Shown: positions 29,509-39,412 of the stretch, piece after piece
Layout of the letters: each line of letters starts with the position of its first letter
Numbering within the stretch: position 1 is the first letter of the stretch
The notes under the pieces: model-generated
Seen by the model: the letters and a program-made list of their open reading frames with translations, nothing else
What the model was told of the DNA's origin: nothing
The model's database searches: none
Origin: a virus
Virus record (IMG/VR): IMGVR_UViG_3300028073_000008
Span: 1 to 64,000 of that record
DNA length: 64,000 bases
Direction: 5' to 3' (one strand)
Position numbers and translations under genes: made by a program

Positions 29509-29892
29509 ATGTCGATGCATTTGGTTGGTCCCTGGTTATCAACTACCAGTACCAAGAAACGCAAGCATATCAAATTTAAAAGCGCAGAGCACAAGCGCAA
29601 GTACGAGGAAGAACGAGCAGAATGGGAAAAGCTAGTCAAGAAATATGGCATAGACAAGCTGCCCAAAACTACCAAATCCAAAGATACTTTCAAACCTACT
29701 GAAAGCTATCGTAGAGAAACTCCGCATATCCCTAGCTTAGATCCTACCAATATGGCTCCTTGCCTCAAGAAGGAAAGCCACAAATATACAGGTACGTTGA
29801 TCAAGGGTATAGCCACGATGCACAAGAGCAATGCGGTTCCTGTGCTTAACGATGAACAGGCTATAGAAATTTCCAAAATGCGCAGAGGTTGA
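29509..29892 (+). CDS. Basic T4-like phage protein
   Basis: C-terminal YTGTLIKGIATMHKSNAVPV...ISKMRRG. Confidence 0.75.
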   Translation: MSMHLVGPWLSTTSTKKRKHIKFKSAEHKRKYEEERAEWEKLVKKYGIDKLPKTTKSKDTFKPTESYRRETPHIPSLDPTNMAPCLKKESHKYTGTLIKGIATMHKSNAVPVLNDEQAIEISKMRRG

Positions 29893-29918
29893 CAACTACT
29901 GTTGAAAAACTGTATAAT
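29889..29918 (+). promoter_or_regulatory. Sigma70-type promoter
   Basis: TTGACA-N18-TATAAT. Confidence 0.65.
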
Positions 29919-29992
29919 ATGCGTATATTAAGTAAAAAAACAGTCAAAATCGACCTATATACTGGACGATCAGGACTAATTACTTTAAATAT

Positions 29993-30236
29993 TATGCGGA
30001 AGAAACTCCGTGTAGCAATGAGCAAGGTGTTAGCAGGTAACTGCGAAACATCAAGCGATAGGGATCTTCGGAAGATTCCATCGTTGACAACTGGTATTGG
30101 TACATATGATCATCTGATAGCAAAGATGAAAGTGTGCCCGAGAGAGTATGCCAAAGATCGGTCCGAGGTCCGTGAAAATTCTCTGTCCATATGTCAACGC
30201 ATCGGTACGCTCAAAAAGTGTTACCGATTTTTTGTT
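29993..30236 (+). ncRNA. Candidate structured ncRNA or leader RNA of unknown class
   Basis: TAAATA 29986, several hairpins, long-range helix, terminal hairpin plus T-run. Confidence 0.55.
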
Positions 30237-30307
30237 TCCGATAGTGACGATATAGTTCACACCTGTATTTTAAGTGTGAATTAAACAATAACATAGGAGG
30301 TTATTTT

Positions 30308-30871
30308 ATGGATAAAATCATTAGGATAGGAGCCGCTGCCCTAGGGTTTTTTGTAGTATTTTGTATCGTGTCTTCAGTGACACAGGCCAAGATGTTAAAG
30401 CTCAAGGAAAGCAATGCCCAAACTACTGATGTAGTCACAGTAAAGACCAGAGAAAAGCAACTGGACTGTTTGGCCATCAACATCTACCGAGAAGCCGGTG
30501 GTGAATCATTCGAAGGCAAGGTCGCAGTAGCACAGGTCACGATAAACAGGACAGAGTCGGGTAAGTTCCCTAAAGACATTTGCTCTGTGGTTTATCAAAA
30601 GAATGTCATAATGGAAAAAGTCGTATGCCAATTTTCTTGGGCATGTGGTCCAGATCATCTGAGAGCCCCAGTCAAGAATGACGCATATCGCGAAAGCTAT
30701 GAAGTAGCCAAGAAGGTGCTTCTGGAAGGTTTCCGTTTAGACATGCTCAAGCAGGCATTGTATTATCATGCCGATTATGTTAACCCAAGGTGGCCTTTTG
30801 AAAAGATCGGCAAAGTCGGTCAACACGTTTTCTATAAGGCACCGTTCTTAGGAGAAACAAATGGATCTTAA
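30308..30871 (+). CDS. SleB-family cell wall hydrolase (Hydrolase_2)
   Basis: CLAINIYREAGGE, VAVAQVTINR, CQFSW, YYHADYVNPRW, IGKVGQHVFY. Confidence 0.92.
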   Translation: MDKIIRIGAAALGFFVVFCIVSSVTQAKMLKLKESNAQTTDVVTVKTREKQLDCLAINIYREAGGESFEGKVAVAQVTINRTESGKFPKDICSVVYQKNVIMEKVVCQFSWACGPDHLRAPVKNDAYRESYEVAKKVLLEGFRLDMLKQALYYHADYVNPRWPFEKIGKVGQHVFYKAPFLGETNGS

Positions 30872-31184
30872 ATCTCTAAAATTTGATTTTGATTTAGAGA
30901 AGTTCCGTAACAACATTAGTGAAACATTTTCACATATTTCAGCAGAGACTTTGGGATGGGTCGCTATTTTGCTACTACACGCATCCACTATACCCAGTCT
31001 ACTTGCTGTGATGAGCGGCTTGACTGATAGGATGCCGCCAGTGGACATCGTTCTTTTAGTATGGACTGGCTTAACACTGTTATTCATCCGAGCAGCCATC
31101 CAAAAAGACATGCTTAATTTAATTACTATAGGTGTTGGTTTTATCGTCCAATCAGCACTTATGGCATTTATATTCTTTAAGTAA
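30861..31184 (+). CDS. Small multi-pass membrane protein, possible holin
   Basis: Three hydrophobic segments; follows hydrolase. Confidence 0.6.
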   Translation: MDLKSLKFDFDLEKFRNNISETFSHISAETLGWVAILLLHASTIPSLLAVMSGLTDRMPPVDIVLLVWTGLTLLFIRAAIQKDMLNLITIGVGFIVQSALMAFIFFK

Positions 31185-31201
31185 TTTGGTAAACACCACT
31201 A

Positions 31202-31230
31202 TTGACTTCGGTTGGTAGTGGTGTTATCAT
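31202..31230 (+). promoter_or_regulatory. Sigma70-type promoter overlapping a hairpin
   Basis: TTGACT-N17-TATCAT inside AACACCACT...AGTGGTGTT inverted repeat. Confidence 0.55.
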
Positions 31231-31264
31231 TTAAGCTATCAGTAATTCACACAGAAAGGCACAA

Positions 31265-31741
31265 ATGAAAAAGGCACTATTAATGGTACCAGTACTGGCT
31301 GCGTTGACAGCTTGTTCCACCATGAAAGAAATCGAAGAACGCAAGACTTATGCCCAACCGAGTTGGTATTCCGACTGCGCACAAGAAGGTGTCAAAGGTT
31401 GGTTCTGGTGGTCTAAAGATTATGTCTATGCCTGTGGTGCTGGCGAATCAACATTTTCGCAGGCAGCAGAAGAACAGATGGACGCTATCGCGATGAATAA
31501 CTTTGCCAAGCGTATCAACGGCACAGTTAATTCCGAAACTGTTATCGATATCAAAGACGACAAGAAAACTACTCGTACTATGATTAGTTACAAAGTCGAT
31601 AATACAGCCATCCGCAAACACGTTAAGACTGAAAAAGGTCATTTCACTATGAATGGACGTCATTACACGTTTGTTCGTTTAGAAATGCCCAAGGATACAT
31701 TCGAACAATTGGTCACCGAAGCTAAAGCCAAAGGCCAATAA
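31265..31741 (+). CDS. Lipoprotein (LPP20-like)
   Basis: Lipobox LTAC; PSWY motif. Confidence 0.75.
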   Translation: MKKALLMVPVLAALTACSTMKEIEERKTYAQPSWYSDCAQEGVKGWFWWSKDYVYACGAGESTFSQAAEEQMDAIAMNNFAKRINGTVNSETVIDIKDDKKTTRTMISYKVDNTAIRKHVKTEKGHFTMNGRHYTFVRLEMPKDTFEQLVTEAKAKGQ

Positions 31742-32112
31742 TGAATCCTTATCGATTGAAAGAGATCTTTTGGGTGGTGATCGCACTACTCTATTGTATT
31801 CTATTTCTGATCCTTGGGGGTTGTTCTTCGGTACCTCAATCAAAGATGTCTCCGGCTATGGCGGAACCTCAGTTTTGTTATACCAAAAAAACTATAGAGG
31901 TACAAGACGATGAACAAGTGTCAAGTCGGACTGTAGTAGAATGCGATGACGATCGAGTTGGCAGAGTGGCTATCAAGCGAGCTGGGTTGGCACAGAATTG
32001 TGGTGTTTATAACTATTGGATGAAACGCGGAAATGACATTGTTTGGAAAAAAGGCGTCAGTTGTTTCAAGCCTGATGGTACTTGGGAAATTATTGATACT
32101 GACTTTCGCTAG
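31741..32112 (+). CDS. Cys-rich lipoprotein
   Basis: Lipobox LGGC; C-terminal CFKPDGTWEI. Confidence 0.65.
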   Translation: MNPYRLKEIFWVVIALLYCILFLILGGCSSVPQSKMSPAMAEPQFCYTKKTIEVQDDEQVSSRTVVECDDDRVGRVAIKRAGLAQNCGVYNYWMKRGNDIVWKKGVSCFKPDGTWEIIDTDFR

Positions 32113-32455
32113 TTCAACTGCGTTGGCTGGTGAACCGTTCAAGTATGATTCTACCCTAGTAAACAGGCCAGCTGATCTTTCATTTGGTTGGTTTAAAAAA
32201 CTGGATGAAGATCAAGAAACGGCCTATGTTTCATCTATGGTACATGCCTTGATGTATGCGGATAACGGTCAAAGAGTAGAATGGTATAAAAACGGTGCTT
32301 ATGGGTTTGCTGTGCCAGTTTATACTAAATCTACAGGGGGTGGCTATTGTAGGCGCATACAGGCCTATGTATATGCTTTTAATCAGGAAAGGCAATTTAG
32401 CGAAACTGCCTGTTATACTAATTTCAACGACAGTTGGAGATGGGTAGTTGAGTAA
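32075..32455 (+). CDS. Exported 17-kDa surface-antigen-like protein
   Basis: Signal peptide; GYCRRI...ETAC...WRW. Confidence 0.6.
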   Translation: MVLGKLLILTFASSTALAGEPFKYDSTLVNRPADLSFGWFKKLDEDQETAYVSSMVHALMYADNGQRVEWYKNGAYGFAVPVYTKSTGGGYCRRIQAYVYAFNQERQFSETACYTNFNDSWRWVVE

Positions 32456-32468
32456 TAAATATACAACG

Positions 32469-33800
32469 ATGAAAATAAGAATCACAGATAAAATAATTGC
32501 CTATTTGACTCTATTAAGCGGCCTTAGCATCAGTGCTGTGGCCGTTTATTATTCTGTGGCGGGATTGGTATCTATATTTGCTGCCGCTGCTGTACCTATT
32601 ATGGTCATGGGCATCACACTGGAAGTCAGCAAACTAATAGCCACTGTATGGCTAAAGCAGAATTGGTCTATAGCACCTAAATTAATCAGAGCCTATTTAA
32701 TGATAGCGGTATTCACGCTGATGTTGATTACCTCTATGGGTATTTTTGGATACCTTTCAAAGGCACATCTTGATCAAGCAGTGCCAACTGGTGACGTAGC
32801 CGCAAAAATTGAACTGATCGACGAAAAGATAAAAACACAAAGAGATAACATCTCTACCGCTCAGGCTGCTATCAGGCAAATGGATAATCAAGTCAACGAG
32901 ATGTTGAGCCGTAGTACCGATAATAAAGGTACAGAACGTGCTGTTCAGATTCGACGTAACCAAGCCAAGGAAAGAGAAAAGCTAGCAGCAGATATTGGTA
33001 GAGCCCAAACAGAAATAGCCAAGCTCAACGAAGAACGAGCTCCTATAGCCAAAGAGCTTCGCAAAGTAGAAGCCGAAGTTGGACCTATCAAATATATTGC
33101 TGCCTTGATATATGATACCAACCCCGGCCCCGAACTGTTAGAAAAAGCAGTACGTTGGGTTATCATATTGATCGTGTTCATCTTCGATCCTTTGGCCGTG
33201 GTGTTGCTACTGGCCAGTCAATACAGCTTCAGTTGGTTTAGAAAACGTGAAGATGAAGAATTTGAACAAGAATTAGAAAAGAAACGAGCAGTCGCAGAAG
33301 CACTAGATAAGAAAGAAGATCTGCCAGTGCCTACGACTATAGTTCCTGTAAACCTAGACAATGAAGATGCCGACAACGATGTTGTAGTTGTTAAAGAAGA
33401 TCATACCCAATCATGGCCTCCAGTTTCTGACAAATGGCCGTTTCCGGTAGCTCAACGTCCGGATGAAGAAAAAGAACCTGAGATTACAGCTGACAGTTTG
33501 AATCCTGTTGACCAATGGAACAAACTGATAGCAGAAGCTGAAAAAGCTGCCGAAGAAGAAAATAAAAAACTAAAAGAAGAAGATCCTATCGAAGAAGAAG
33601 GCGATACCGAAGAACTAGTAAAAGCCAAGACACAGTGGAAACAGGATCATCCCGATGACAGCCTCAAACATCAAAGACAACTGCTAGAGCTTGGTGTTAT
33701 CAAAGTTCTACCTTGGACAGTACCGCCATATTTTGATCCAACTCCTACTGGTTTACAGATCATACCTGACCTCGAAGAAGATCTAAAAAAAAAGATCTGA
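32469..33800 (+). CDS. Membrane coiled-coil protein; possible -1 frameshift extension to 34114
   Basis: N-terminal TM helices, coiled coil, GPIKYIA, FDPLAV; ends at A_AAA_AAG. Confidence 0.8.
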   Translation: MKIRITDKIIAYLTLLSGLSISAVAVYYSVAGLVSIFAAAAVPIMVMGITLEVSKLIATVWLKQNWSIAPKLIRAYLMIAVFTLMLITSMGIFGYLSKAHLDQAVPTGDVAAKIELIDEKIKTQRDNISTAQAAIRQMDNQVNEMLSRSTDNKGTERAVQIRRNQAKEREKLAADIGRAQTEIAKLNEERAPIAKELRKVEAEVGPIKYIAALIYDTNPGPELLEKAVRWVIILIVFIFDPLAVVLLLASQYSFSWFRKREDEEFEQELEKKRAVAEALDKKEDLPVPTTIVPVNLDNEDADNDVVVVKEDHTQSWPPVSDKWPFPVAQRPDEEKEPEITADSLNPVDQWNKLIAEAEKAAEEENKKLKEEDPIEEEGDTEELVKAKTQWKQDHPDDSLKHQRQLLELGVIKVLPWTVPPYFDPTPTGLQIIPDLEEDLKKKI

Positions 33801-34114
33801 CCTACATTGAAAAAATAGGCAAGGATCAAATAACTAAAACTGTTTCTTATGTACAAAATGCCGAGCAAGGTAACAGCACTATATGGGCTAAATTGAACAA
33901 GAACGCCGAAACTGTTCGATTCCAATATCTTAATAATCTATACGGCTATCTAAACAATGACAAGATTGATGCTTACGAATTTCCTGAAGTAGAAGATGAA
34001 GAATATAAACGTATAGTAGGCATGATTATACAATTAAGAAATAGGTTGATTACTCCAGATGATCTCAACAATGACGATCTAGTCACTATCGTAGAAATAT
34101 TAGCCAAGATATGA
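33794..34114 (+). CDS. Open -1 frame continuing the previous gene (or separate gene from TTG 33893)
   Basis: No stop from 33794 to 34114; no ATG start or SD near its 5' end. Confidence 0.55.
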   Translation, partial: DLTYIEKIGKDQITKTVSYVQNAEQGNSTIWAKLNKNAETVRFQYLNNLYGYLNNDKIDAYEFPEVEDEEYKRIVGMIIQLRNRLITPDDLNNDDLVTIVEILAKI

Positions 34115-34479
34115 TTACTATAGTAACACCGCCAGATAACAACCTAGGAGACGAATTTAAGATACTCTTAGTAGGGCTTACCGCGGAACAAACGGATACT
34201 GCTAGCAAAGCACTGTTAGATCACGAAGGTCCAGATATCATAGTCTATATGTGGACACAAGGCGAAACACATTGGCTCTTAGATAAAAAGCTCAAGAGCG
34301 ATCTTATCGTATTCAATGCCGAACACGATGACCAAATAGTAGTGGGATATATGGCTGCTCAATTAAATGCTTATTATTTTGGTAATCTCAGATCTTTGAA
34401 CAGTATTAACAAACGTGTATTATATACACAGTCAGATTTTTCTGATATTCTAAGGAGAACTATTAACTCACATGAGTAA
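34111..34479 (+). CDS. Hypothetical protein
   Basis: MITIVTPPD; ATGA overlap. Confidence 0.65.
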   Translation: MITIVTPPDNNLGDEFKILLVGLTAEQTDTASKALLDHEGPDIIVYMWTQGETHWLLDKKLKSDLIVFNAEHDDQIVVGYMAAQLNAYYFGNLRSLNSINKRVLYTQSDFSDILRRTINSHE

Positions 34480-34723
34480 ACATTTTAACAACGGCGACTT
34501 TCCTAAGAAAGGTACCAAAGTCTATCTCAGAGAAGGTGAGCCTATCGAACGAGCTTTAAAGAAGCTCAAAAACAAAGTCAATGACGCTAAGATTTTTGAT
34601 GCTCTAAGAGAAAAAGAGCATTACGTGAAACCGTCCGAACGCAGGAAGAAAGCCAAATCGGCTGCTGTGGCAAGATGGAAGAAATTCCTAAAAAGCCAAG
34701 ATCTACCAAAAAGAATGTATTGA
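34472..34723 (+). CDS. rpsU: Ribosomal protein bS21
   Basis: EPIERALKKLK...EKEHYVKPSERRK. Confidence 0.9.
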   Translation: MSKHFNNGDFPKKGTKVYLREGEPIERALKKLKNKVNDAKIFDALREKEHYVKPSERRKKAKSAAVARWKKFLKSQDLPKRMY

Positions 34724-34749
34724 CAAATACTTAAGAAAGGTGTTATAAT
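34720..34749 (+). promoter_or_regulatory. Sigma70-type promoter
   Basis: TTGACA-N18-TATAAT with TG extension. Confidence 0.7.
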
Positions 34750-34755
34750 AATATC

Positions 34756-35337
34756 ATGAATACAGATATCATGATAGACCTTGAAACATTGGCCACATCA
34801 CCTGATGCGGCCATTCTCACAATTGGTGCTGTTCGTTTTGATCCATTTGGTATGGATCTTAAAGAGCCCAAGATGGATAGTTTTTATGTCAAGGTTGACA
34901 TAGACACCTGTCACAATATTGGATTGACGACCAGCGATGCTACACTAGATTGGTGGGCATCACAATCCCCAGAAGCACAAGCAGAAGCGTTCGGAGCAGA
35001 AGGTCGCATAGCTATTCACGAAGCTATGAATCAGCTGTATAAATTCTGTTGGGGTGCTAAACGTGTTTGGAGTCACGGTGCTGGCTTCGATGTCGTTATC
35101 TGCGAAAATATCTTTAGAAAGCTCAATAAGGCTATTCCCTGGAACTTTTGGCAGGTACGTGACACACGTACACTTTATGACCTCGGCTTAGAATTCGATA
35201 GGCCGCAGGTACTCAAACATCATGCTCTACATGATGCTTATAGTCAAGCAGTAGGCGTACAAAACATCATCCGTAAATTGCGTGGTTCTACTACCTACGA
35301 CGGACAGATGATACAACCATTCAAAGAGTTCAAATGA
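34756..35337 (+). CDS. DEDDh 3'-5' exonuclease (DUF5051/RNase AS-like)
   Basis: MIDLETL, GAGFD, RDTRT, HHALHDA. Confidence 0.88.
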   Translation: MNTDIMIDLETLATSPDAAILTIGAVRFDPFGMDLKEPKMDSFYVKVDIDTCHNIGLTTSDATLDWWASQSPEAQAEAFGAEGRIAIHEAMNQLYKFCWGAKRVWSHGAGFDVVICENIFRKLNKAIPWNFWQVRDTRTLYDLGLEFDRPQVLKHHALHDAYSQAVGVQNIIRKLRGSTTYDGQMIQPFKEFK

Positions 35338-35507
35338 AAAAGTTTTTATCTTGGTTCCAGCAACATAGACAGACTATCGGTTATACTATTGGTGCGTTAA
35401 ACGCACTGACAGGAGTAGCCAACATCGCGATAGGTCATTTCTTAGAAGGAATTTTCTGGGTCGTGATCGGGACAGCTATCATCGTAGATACAAAATACTT
35501 CAAATGA
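35334..35507 (+). CDS. 57-aa membrane protein not in ORF track
   Basis: ATGA overlap; two hydrophobic segments. Confidence 0.55.
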   Translation: MKKFLSWFQQHRQTIGYTIGALNALTGVANIAIGHFLEGIFWVVIGTAIIVDTKYFK

Positions 35508-35518
35508 TGGGTTGATCG

Positions 35519-36538
35519 ATGAGAATCGAAGACGAAATTAAACTTGATTTCAGCGACGTGCTGATTAGACCAAAACGCAGTACTCTAGCAAGCCGTAAAG
35601 AAGTAGATCTAACTCGCACATACAAATTTAAACACAGTGGGTTTGAATGGACTGGTGTACCGGTTATGGCATCCAACATGGATGGAGTCGGTACTATTGA
35701 GATGGCTCGGGCATTGTACAAGCATCAGCTGTTTACCTGTTTGGTCAAAAGCTACGCAGAAGATGATCTATATGAACTAGCAAGTAAATTTGGCGGAAAC
35801 TATTTTGCTGTTAGCACAGGTACCAGTGACGCCGATTTCAATAAGCTGAAAAGAATCTTAAATTCTTACCCCGAAGTACACTTTATCTGTATAGACATAG
35901 CTAATGGATATAGTGAACATTTTGGTGACTATGTTGCTAGAGTAAGAACAGAATTTCCTAAAGCAACAATTATCGCAGGTAATGTAGTTACCGCTGATAT
36001 GACACAGGAGTTGATTCTACGTGGCGCAGATATTATCAAAGTTGGGATTGGGCCAGGAAGCGTATGTACGACTAGGGTTCAAACTGGTGTTGGGTATCCT
36101 CAGCTTTCCGCTATTATTGAATGTGCTGATGCTGCTCATGGCCTTGGCGGACACATCATTGCTGATGGAGGATGTACCTGTCCTGGAGACATCGCAAAAG
36201 CTTTTGGTGCTGGCGCTGATTTTGTCATGCTTGGCGGTATGCTAGCAGGGCACGATGAGGGCGGTGGCACAGTAGAAAACGATATGGTAACATTTTATGG
36301 AATGAGTTCAGATACTGCTATGAACAAACATCACGGTGGTGTTGCTGAATATCGTAGTAGCGAAGGACGTACAGTTAGTATTCCATATCGCGGAGCAGTA
36401 AAAGACACAGTACTAAATATTCTAGGCGGGTTGCGTAGTACCTGTACATATGTTGGCGCACCCACGCTAAAACAGCTTTCAAAGTGTACTACATTTATTC
36501 GTGTCAGTAGACAAATAAATGATGTATTTCTGAGATAA
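35519..36538 (+). CDS. guaC: GMP reductase
   Basis: [46 protein letters not shown]. Confidence 0.95.
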   Translation: MRIEDEIKLDFSDVLIRPKRSTLASRKEVDLTRTYKFKHSGFEWTGVPVMASNMDGVGTIEMARALYKHQLFTCLVKSYAEDDLYELASKFGGNYFAVSTGTSDADFNKLKRILNSYPEVHFICIDIANGYSEHFGDYVARVRTEFPKATIIAGNVVTADMTQELILRGADIIKVGIGPGSVCTTRVQTGVGYPQLSAIIECADAAHGLGGHIIADGGCTCPGDIAKAFGAGADFVMLGGMLAGHDEGGGTVENDMVTFYGMSSDTAMNKHHGGVAEYRSSEGRTVSIPYRGAVKDTVLNILGGLRSTCTYVGAPTLKQLSKCTTFIRVSRQINDVFLR

Positions 36539-36545
36539 ATAAATT

Positions 36546-36618
36546 TGTTACGGTGCCCAGGTGGGGCTGTAACAGGGGCAGTTGCCCAAAACTTACTCGC
36601 TTATTAAAGGAGAAAACG
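36546..36618 (+). promoter_or_regulatory. ROSE-like RNA thermometer 5'UTR of dnaK
   Basis: Two hairpins then CTCGCT-TATTAA-AGGAG. Confidence 0.65.
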
Positions 36619-38508
36619 ATGAGTAAAATCATAGGTATCGATCTAGGTACCACTAATTCATGCGTTGCTATTATCGAAAGCAACATTCCAAAAGTAATCG
36701 AAAACAGCGAGGGTGCTAGAACTACACCGTCTATTATCGCTTATAGTGATGACGAAGTCCTAGTAGGAGCACCAGCTAAACGACAAGCTGTAACAAACCC
36801 TAAAAATACTCTATATGCTGTCAAGCGTTTGATTGGACGCAAGTTCAAAGAAGATGCTGTACAGAAAGATATCGACTTGATGCCGTTTGAGATCATGGAA
36901 TCTAAGAATGGCGATGCTTGGGTAAAGGCTAACGGAAAAGAATTGGCTCCTCCACAAGTATCAGCAGAAGTTCTGCGCAAGATGAAAAAGACCGCAGAAG
37001 ACTATCTCGGTCATGAAGTCACCCAAGCAGTTATTACTGTACCTGCGTACTTCAACGACAGCCAACGCCAAGCTACTAAGGACGCTGGCAAGATCGCAGG
37101 ACTAGAAGTACTGCGTATTATCAATGAACCAACAGCAGCCGCACTGGCCTACGGTGTTGACAAAGCAGACAAGCGTGATCGTAAGATTGCGGTCTACGAC
37201 TTAGGTGGTGGTACATTTGATATTTCAATCATCGAAATCGCTAACGTCGACGGCGACAAGCAAATCGAAGTGTTGTCTACAAACGGTGACACATTCCTGG
37301 GTGGTGAAGACTTTGACCAACGTATCATGGACTACCTAGTAGATGAGTTCAAAAAAGAAAGTGGTATCGATCTCAAGAAAGACACATTGGCGCTACAGCG
37401 TTTGAAAGATTCAGCTGAAAAGGCCAAGATCGAACTGTCTAGCAGTTCACAAACTGAAGTCAACTTGCCATACATCACAGCTGATGCTTCAGGTCCTAAG
37501 CATCTAAATGTCAAGATCACTCGCGCTAAGTTTGAAGCATTAGTTGACGATTTGATCAAACGTTCTCTAGAACCTTGTAAGACCGCTATGAAAGACGCGG
37601 GTGTAAGTGCCAGCGACATTGACGAAGTTATCCTAGTCGGTGGTCAGACACGTATGCCTAAAGTACAAGAAGCAGTTGAGAAACTGTTTGGTAAAGCACC
37701 ACGTAAAGATGTCAATCCAGACGAAGCAGTAGCAGCTGGTGCTGCTATCCAAGGTGCCGTACTAGGTGGCGATCGCACAGACGTTCTATTGCTAGACGTT
37801 ACACCATTGAGTCTTGGTATCGAAACCATGGGCGGTGTGTTTGCTAGATTGATCGACAAGAACACTACTATTCCTACCAAGAAGAGTCAGATCTTTAGCA
37901 CAGCAGAAGATAATCAACCTGCTGTTACTATTAAGGTATATCAAGGCGAACGTGATTTGGTACAATACAATAAGATGTTGGGTGTGTTCAATCTAGAAGG
38001 TATCGCCCCTGCTCCTAGAGGTATTCCGCAGATTGAAGTGACCTTTGATATCGATGCTAATGGTATCATGAACATCGGTGCTAAAGACAAAGGTACTAAC
38101 AAGGAAGCCAAGATCACTATCAAAAGCGATAGCGGTCTAAGCGAATCCGAGATCCAGACGATGATCAAGGAAGCAGAAGAAAACGCCGAGAGCGATAAGA
38201 AACAACGTGAACTTATCGAAGCTCGCAACAGTGCTGAAGCTTTGATTAACTCTACCAAGAAAGATTTGGAAGAACTCAAAGATCAGTTGACAGCTGATGA
38301 TATCACTAAGTTAGAAGAAGCTGTCAAGGCAGCAGAAGACTCATTAGGCTCCGACGATAAAGAAACTATCGGCGAAAAGGTCAATGAAATCTACGCTGCT
38401 TCTAAACCTCTGTTTGACGCCAAAGCCAAGAAAATGGAAGACAGCCAAAAAACAGAGGATAAGAAAGACGATAATGTGGTTGACGCAGAGTTCAAGCAGA
38501 CTACATAA
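36619..38508 (+). CDS. dnaK: Chaperone DnaK (Hsp70)
   Basis: [27 protein letters not shown]; AAGGAG SD fixes start at 36619. Confidence 0.98.
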   Translation: MSKIIGIDLGTTNSCVAIIESNIPKVIENSEGARTTPSIIAYSDDEVLVGAPAKRQAVTNPKNTLYAVKRLIGRKFKEDAVQKDIDLMPFEIMESKNGDAWVKANGKELAPPQVSAEVLRKMKKTAEDYLGHEVTQAVITVPAYFNDSQRQATKDAGKIAGLEVLRIINEPTAAALAYGVDKADKRDRKIAVYDLGGGTFDISIIEIANVDGDKQIEVLSTNGDTFLGGEDFDQRIMDYLVDEFKKESGIDLKKDTLALQRLKDSAEKAKIELSSSSQTEVNLPYITADASGPKHLNVKITRAKFEALVDDLIKRSLEPCKTAMKDAGVSASDIDEVILVGGQTRMPKVQEAVEKLFGKAPRKDVNPDEAVAAGAAIQGAVLGGDRTDVLLLDVTPLSLGIETMGGVFARLIDKNTTIPTKKSQIFSTAEDNQPAVTIKVYQGERDLVQYNKMLGVFNLEGIAPAPRGIPQIEVTFDIDANGIMNIGAKDKGTNKEAKITIKSDSGLSESEIQTMIKEAEENAESDKKQRELIEARNSAEALINSTKKDLEELKDQLTADDITKLEEAVKAAEDSLGSDDKETIGEKVNEIYAASKPLFDAKAKKMEDSQKTEDKKDDNVVDAEFKQTT

Positions 38509-38515
38509 TCGTATA

Positions 38516-38571
38516 GTGCGGTGCCCGGGTGGGGCCGCACATAACGTTCTTGCTTATTAAAGGAGAAAACT
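38516..38571 (+). promoter_or_regulatory. ROSE-like RNA thermometer 5'UTR of hsp20
   Basis: GTGCGGTGCCC-GGGT-GGGGCCGCAC then TTCTTGCT-TATTAA-AGGAGAA. Confidence 0.7.
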
Positions 38572-39012
38572 ATGAACGCATTAAATAGATTTGACGCAAA
38601 CGCTCTTAATAGGGCTCTAATTGGTTTTGATACAATGTTCGATCAACTCGAACGTCGTTTCGCTAACCAAATCCAAAACAATTATCCACCTCACAATATT
38701 ATCAGGACTGGTGAAAACACCTACGCCATCGAAGTGGCTGTAGCTGGCTTTGCCAAGAATGAAGTTTCAGTCACCATCGAAAATAATGAACTTTCGATCA
38801 AGGGCGAAAAGGTAGATACCGTCGTAGACGAAAATATCCAGTATCTACATCGCGGGCTAGCTAGTCGCGATTTTGTTCGCGTGTTCCCTCTTGCTGAACA
38901 CATCGAAGTTAAAGGTGCCGAAATCAAGGACGGAATTCTCACAGTTAAGTTGGAGCGAATCGTCCCTGAAGAACTGAAACCACGTGTTATCGACGTAGTG
39001 GAAGTCAAGTAA
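38572..39012 (+). CDS. Small heat-shock protein (IbpA/Hsp20)
   Basis: NYPPHNI, AVAGF, YLHRGLASRDF, DGILTV. Confidence 0.95.
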   Translation: MNALNRFDANALNRALIGFDTMFDQLERRFANQIQNNYPPHNIIRTGENTYAIEVAVAGFAKNEVSVTIENNELSIKGEKVDTVVDENIQYLHRGLASRDFVRVFPLAEHIEVKGAEIKDGILTVKLERIVPEELKPRVIDVVEVK

Positions 39013-39060
39013 ATAGTAAAACAGAGGGAGGGGAAACTCTCCCTCACCATGGAGCCTAAA

Positions 39061-39360
39061 ATGACAACTGATATTCAAATTGATCAAAAGATTAAAATCG
39101 AAATTTCACCTCCTAAGTACTGGAAAGTGATTTTTCTGAATGACGATCAAACGCCAATGGAATTCGTAATTGACGTTCTAAAAACTATTTTTAGGCACGA
39201 CGAAGGCAAAGCACGTGAACTAACTTTAGAAGTACATGAATCTGGTTCTGCTGTAGCAGGTGTTTATACATATGAAATCGCAGAACACAAAGGTACTGAA
39301 GCTAGTAGAGCTGCTTTAGAAAATGGATTTCCTCTACAGATTCGTGTAGAAGAAGAATAA
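39061..39360 (+). CDS. clpS: Clp protease adaptor ClpS
   Basis: VIFLNDDQTPMEFV, VHESG, EIAEHK, GFPL. Confidence 0.92.
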   Translation: MTTDIQIDQKIKIEISPPKYWKVIFLNDDQTPMEFVIDVLKTIFRHDEGKARELTLEVHESGSAVAGVYTYEIAEHKGTEASRAALENGFPLQIRVEEE

Positions 39361-39412
39361 TTTTTCGGCCACCGTCCAGGCTCACTAAATACCTTGACAT
39401 TTAGGAGACAGC

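Noticed and set aside
29889-30284. 131-aa ORF from the track
   Set aside because: Its TTG start is the -35 box of a promoter, and the region is better explained as structured RNA
36553-36618. 22-aa N-terminal extension of DnaK
   Set aside because: This is the structured 5'UTR; the SD and conserved [10 protein letters not shown] fix the start at 36619
36741-38279. Many antisense ORFs over dnaK (also over nrdA, the autotransporter and others)
   Set aside because: Shadow frames caused by codon bias; no SD or protein-like features
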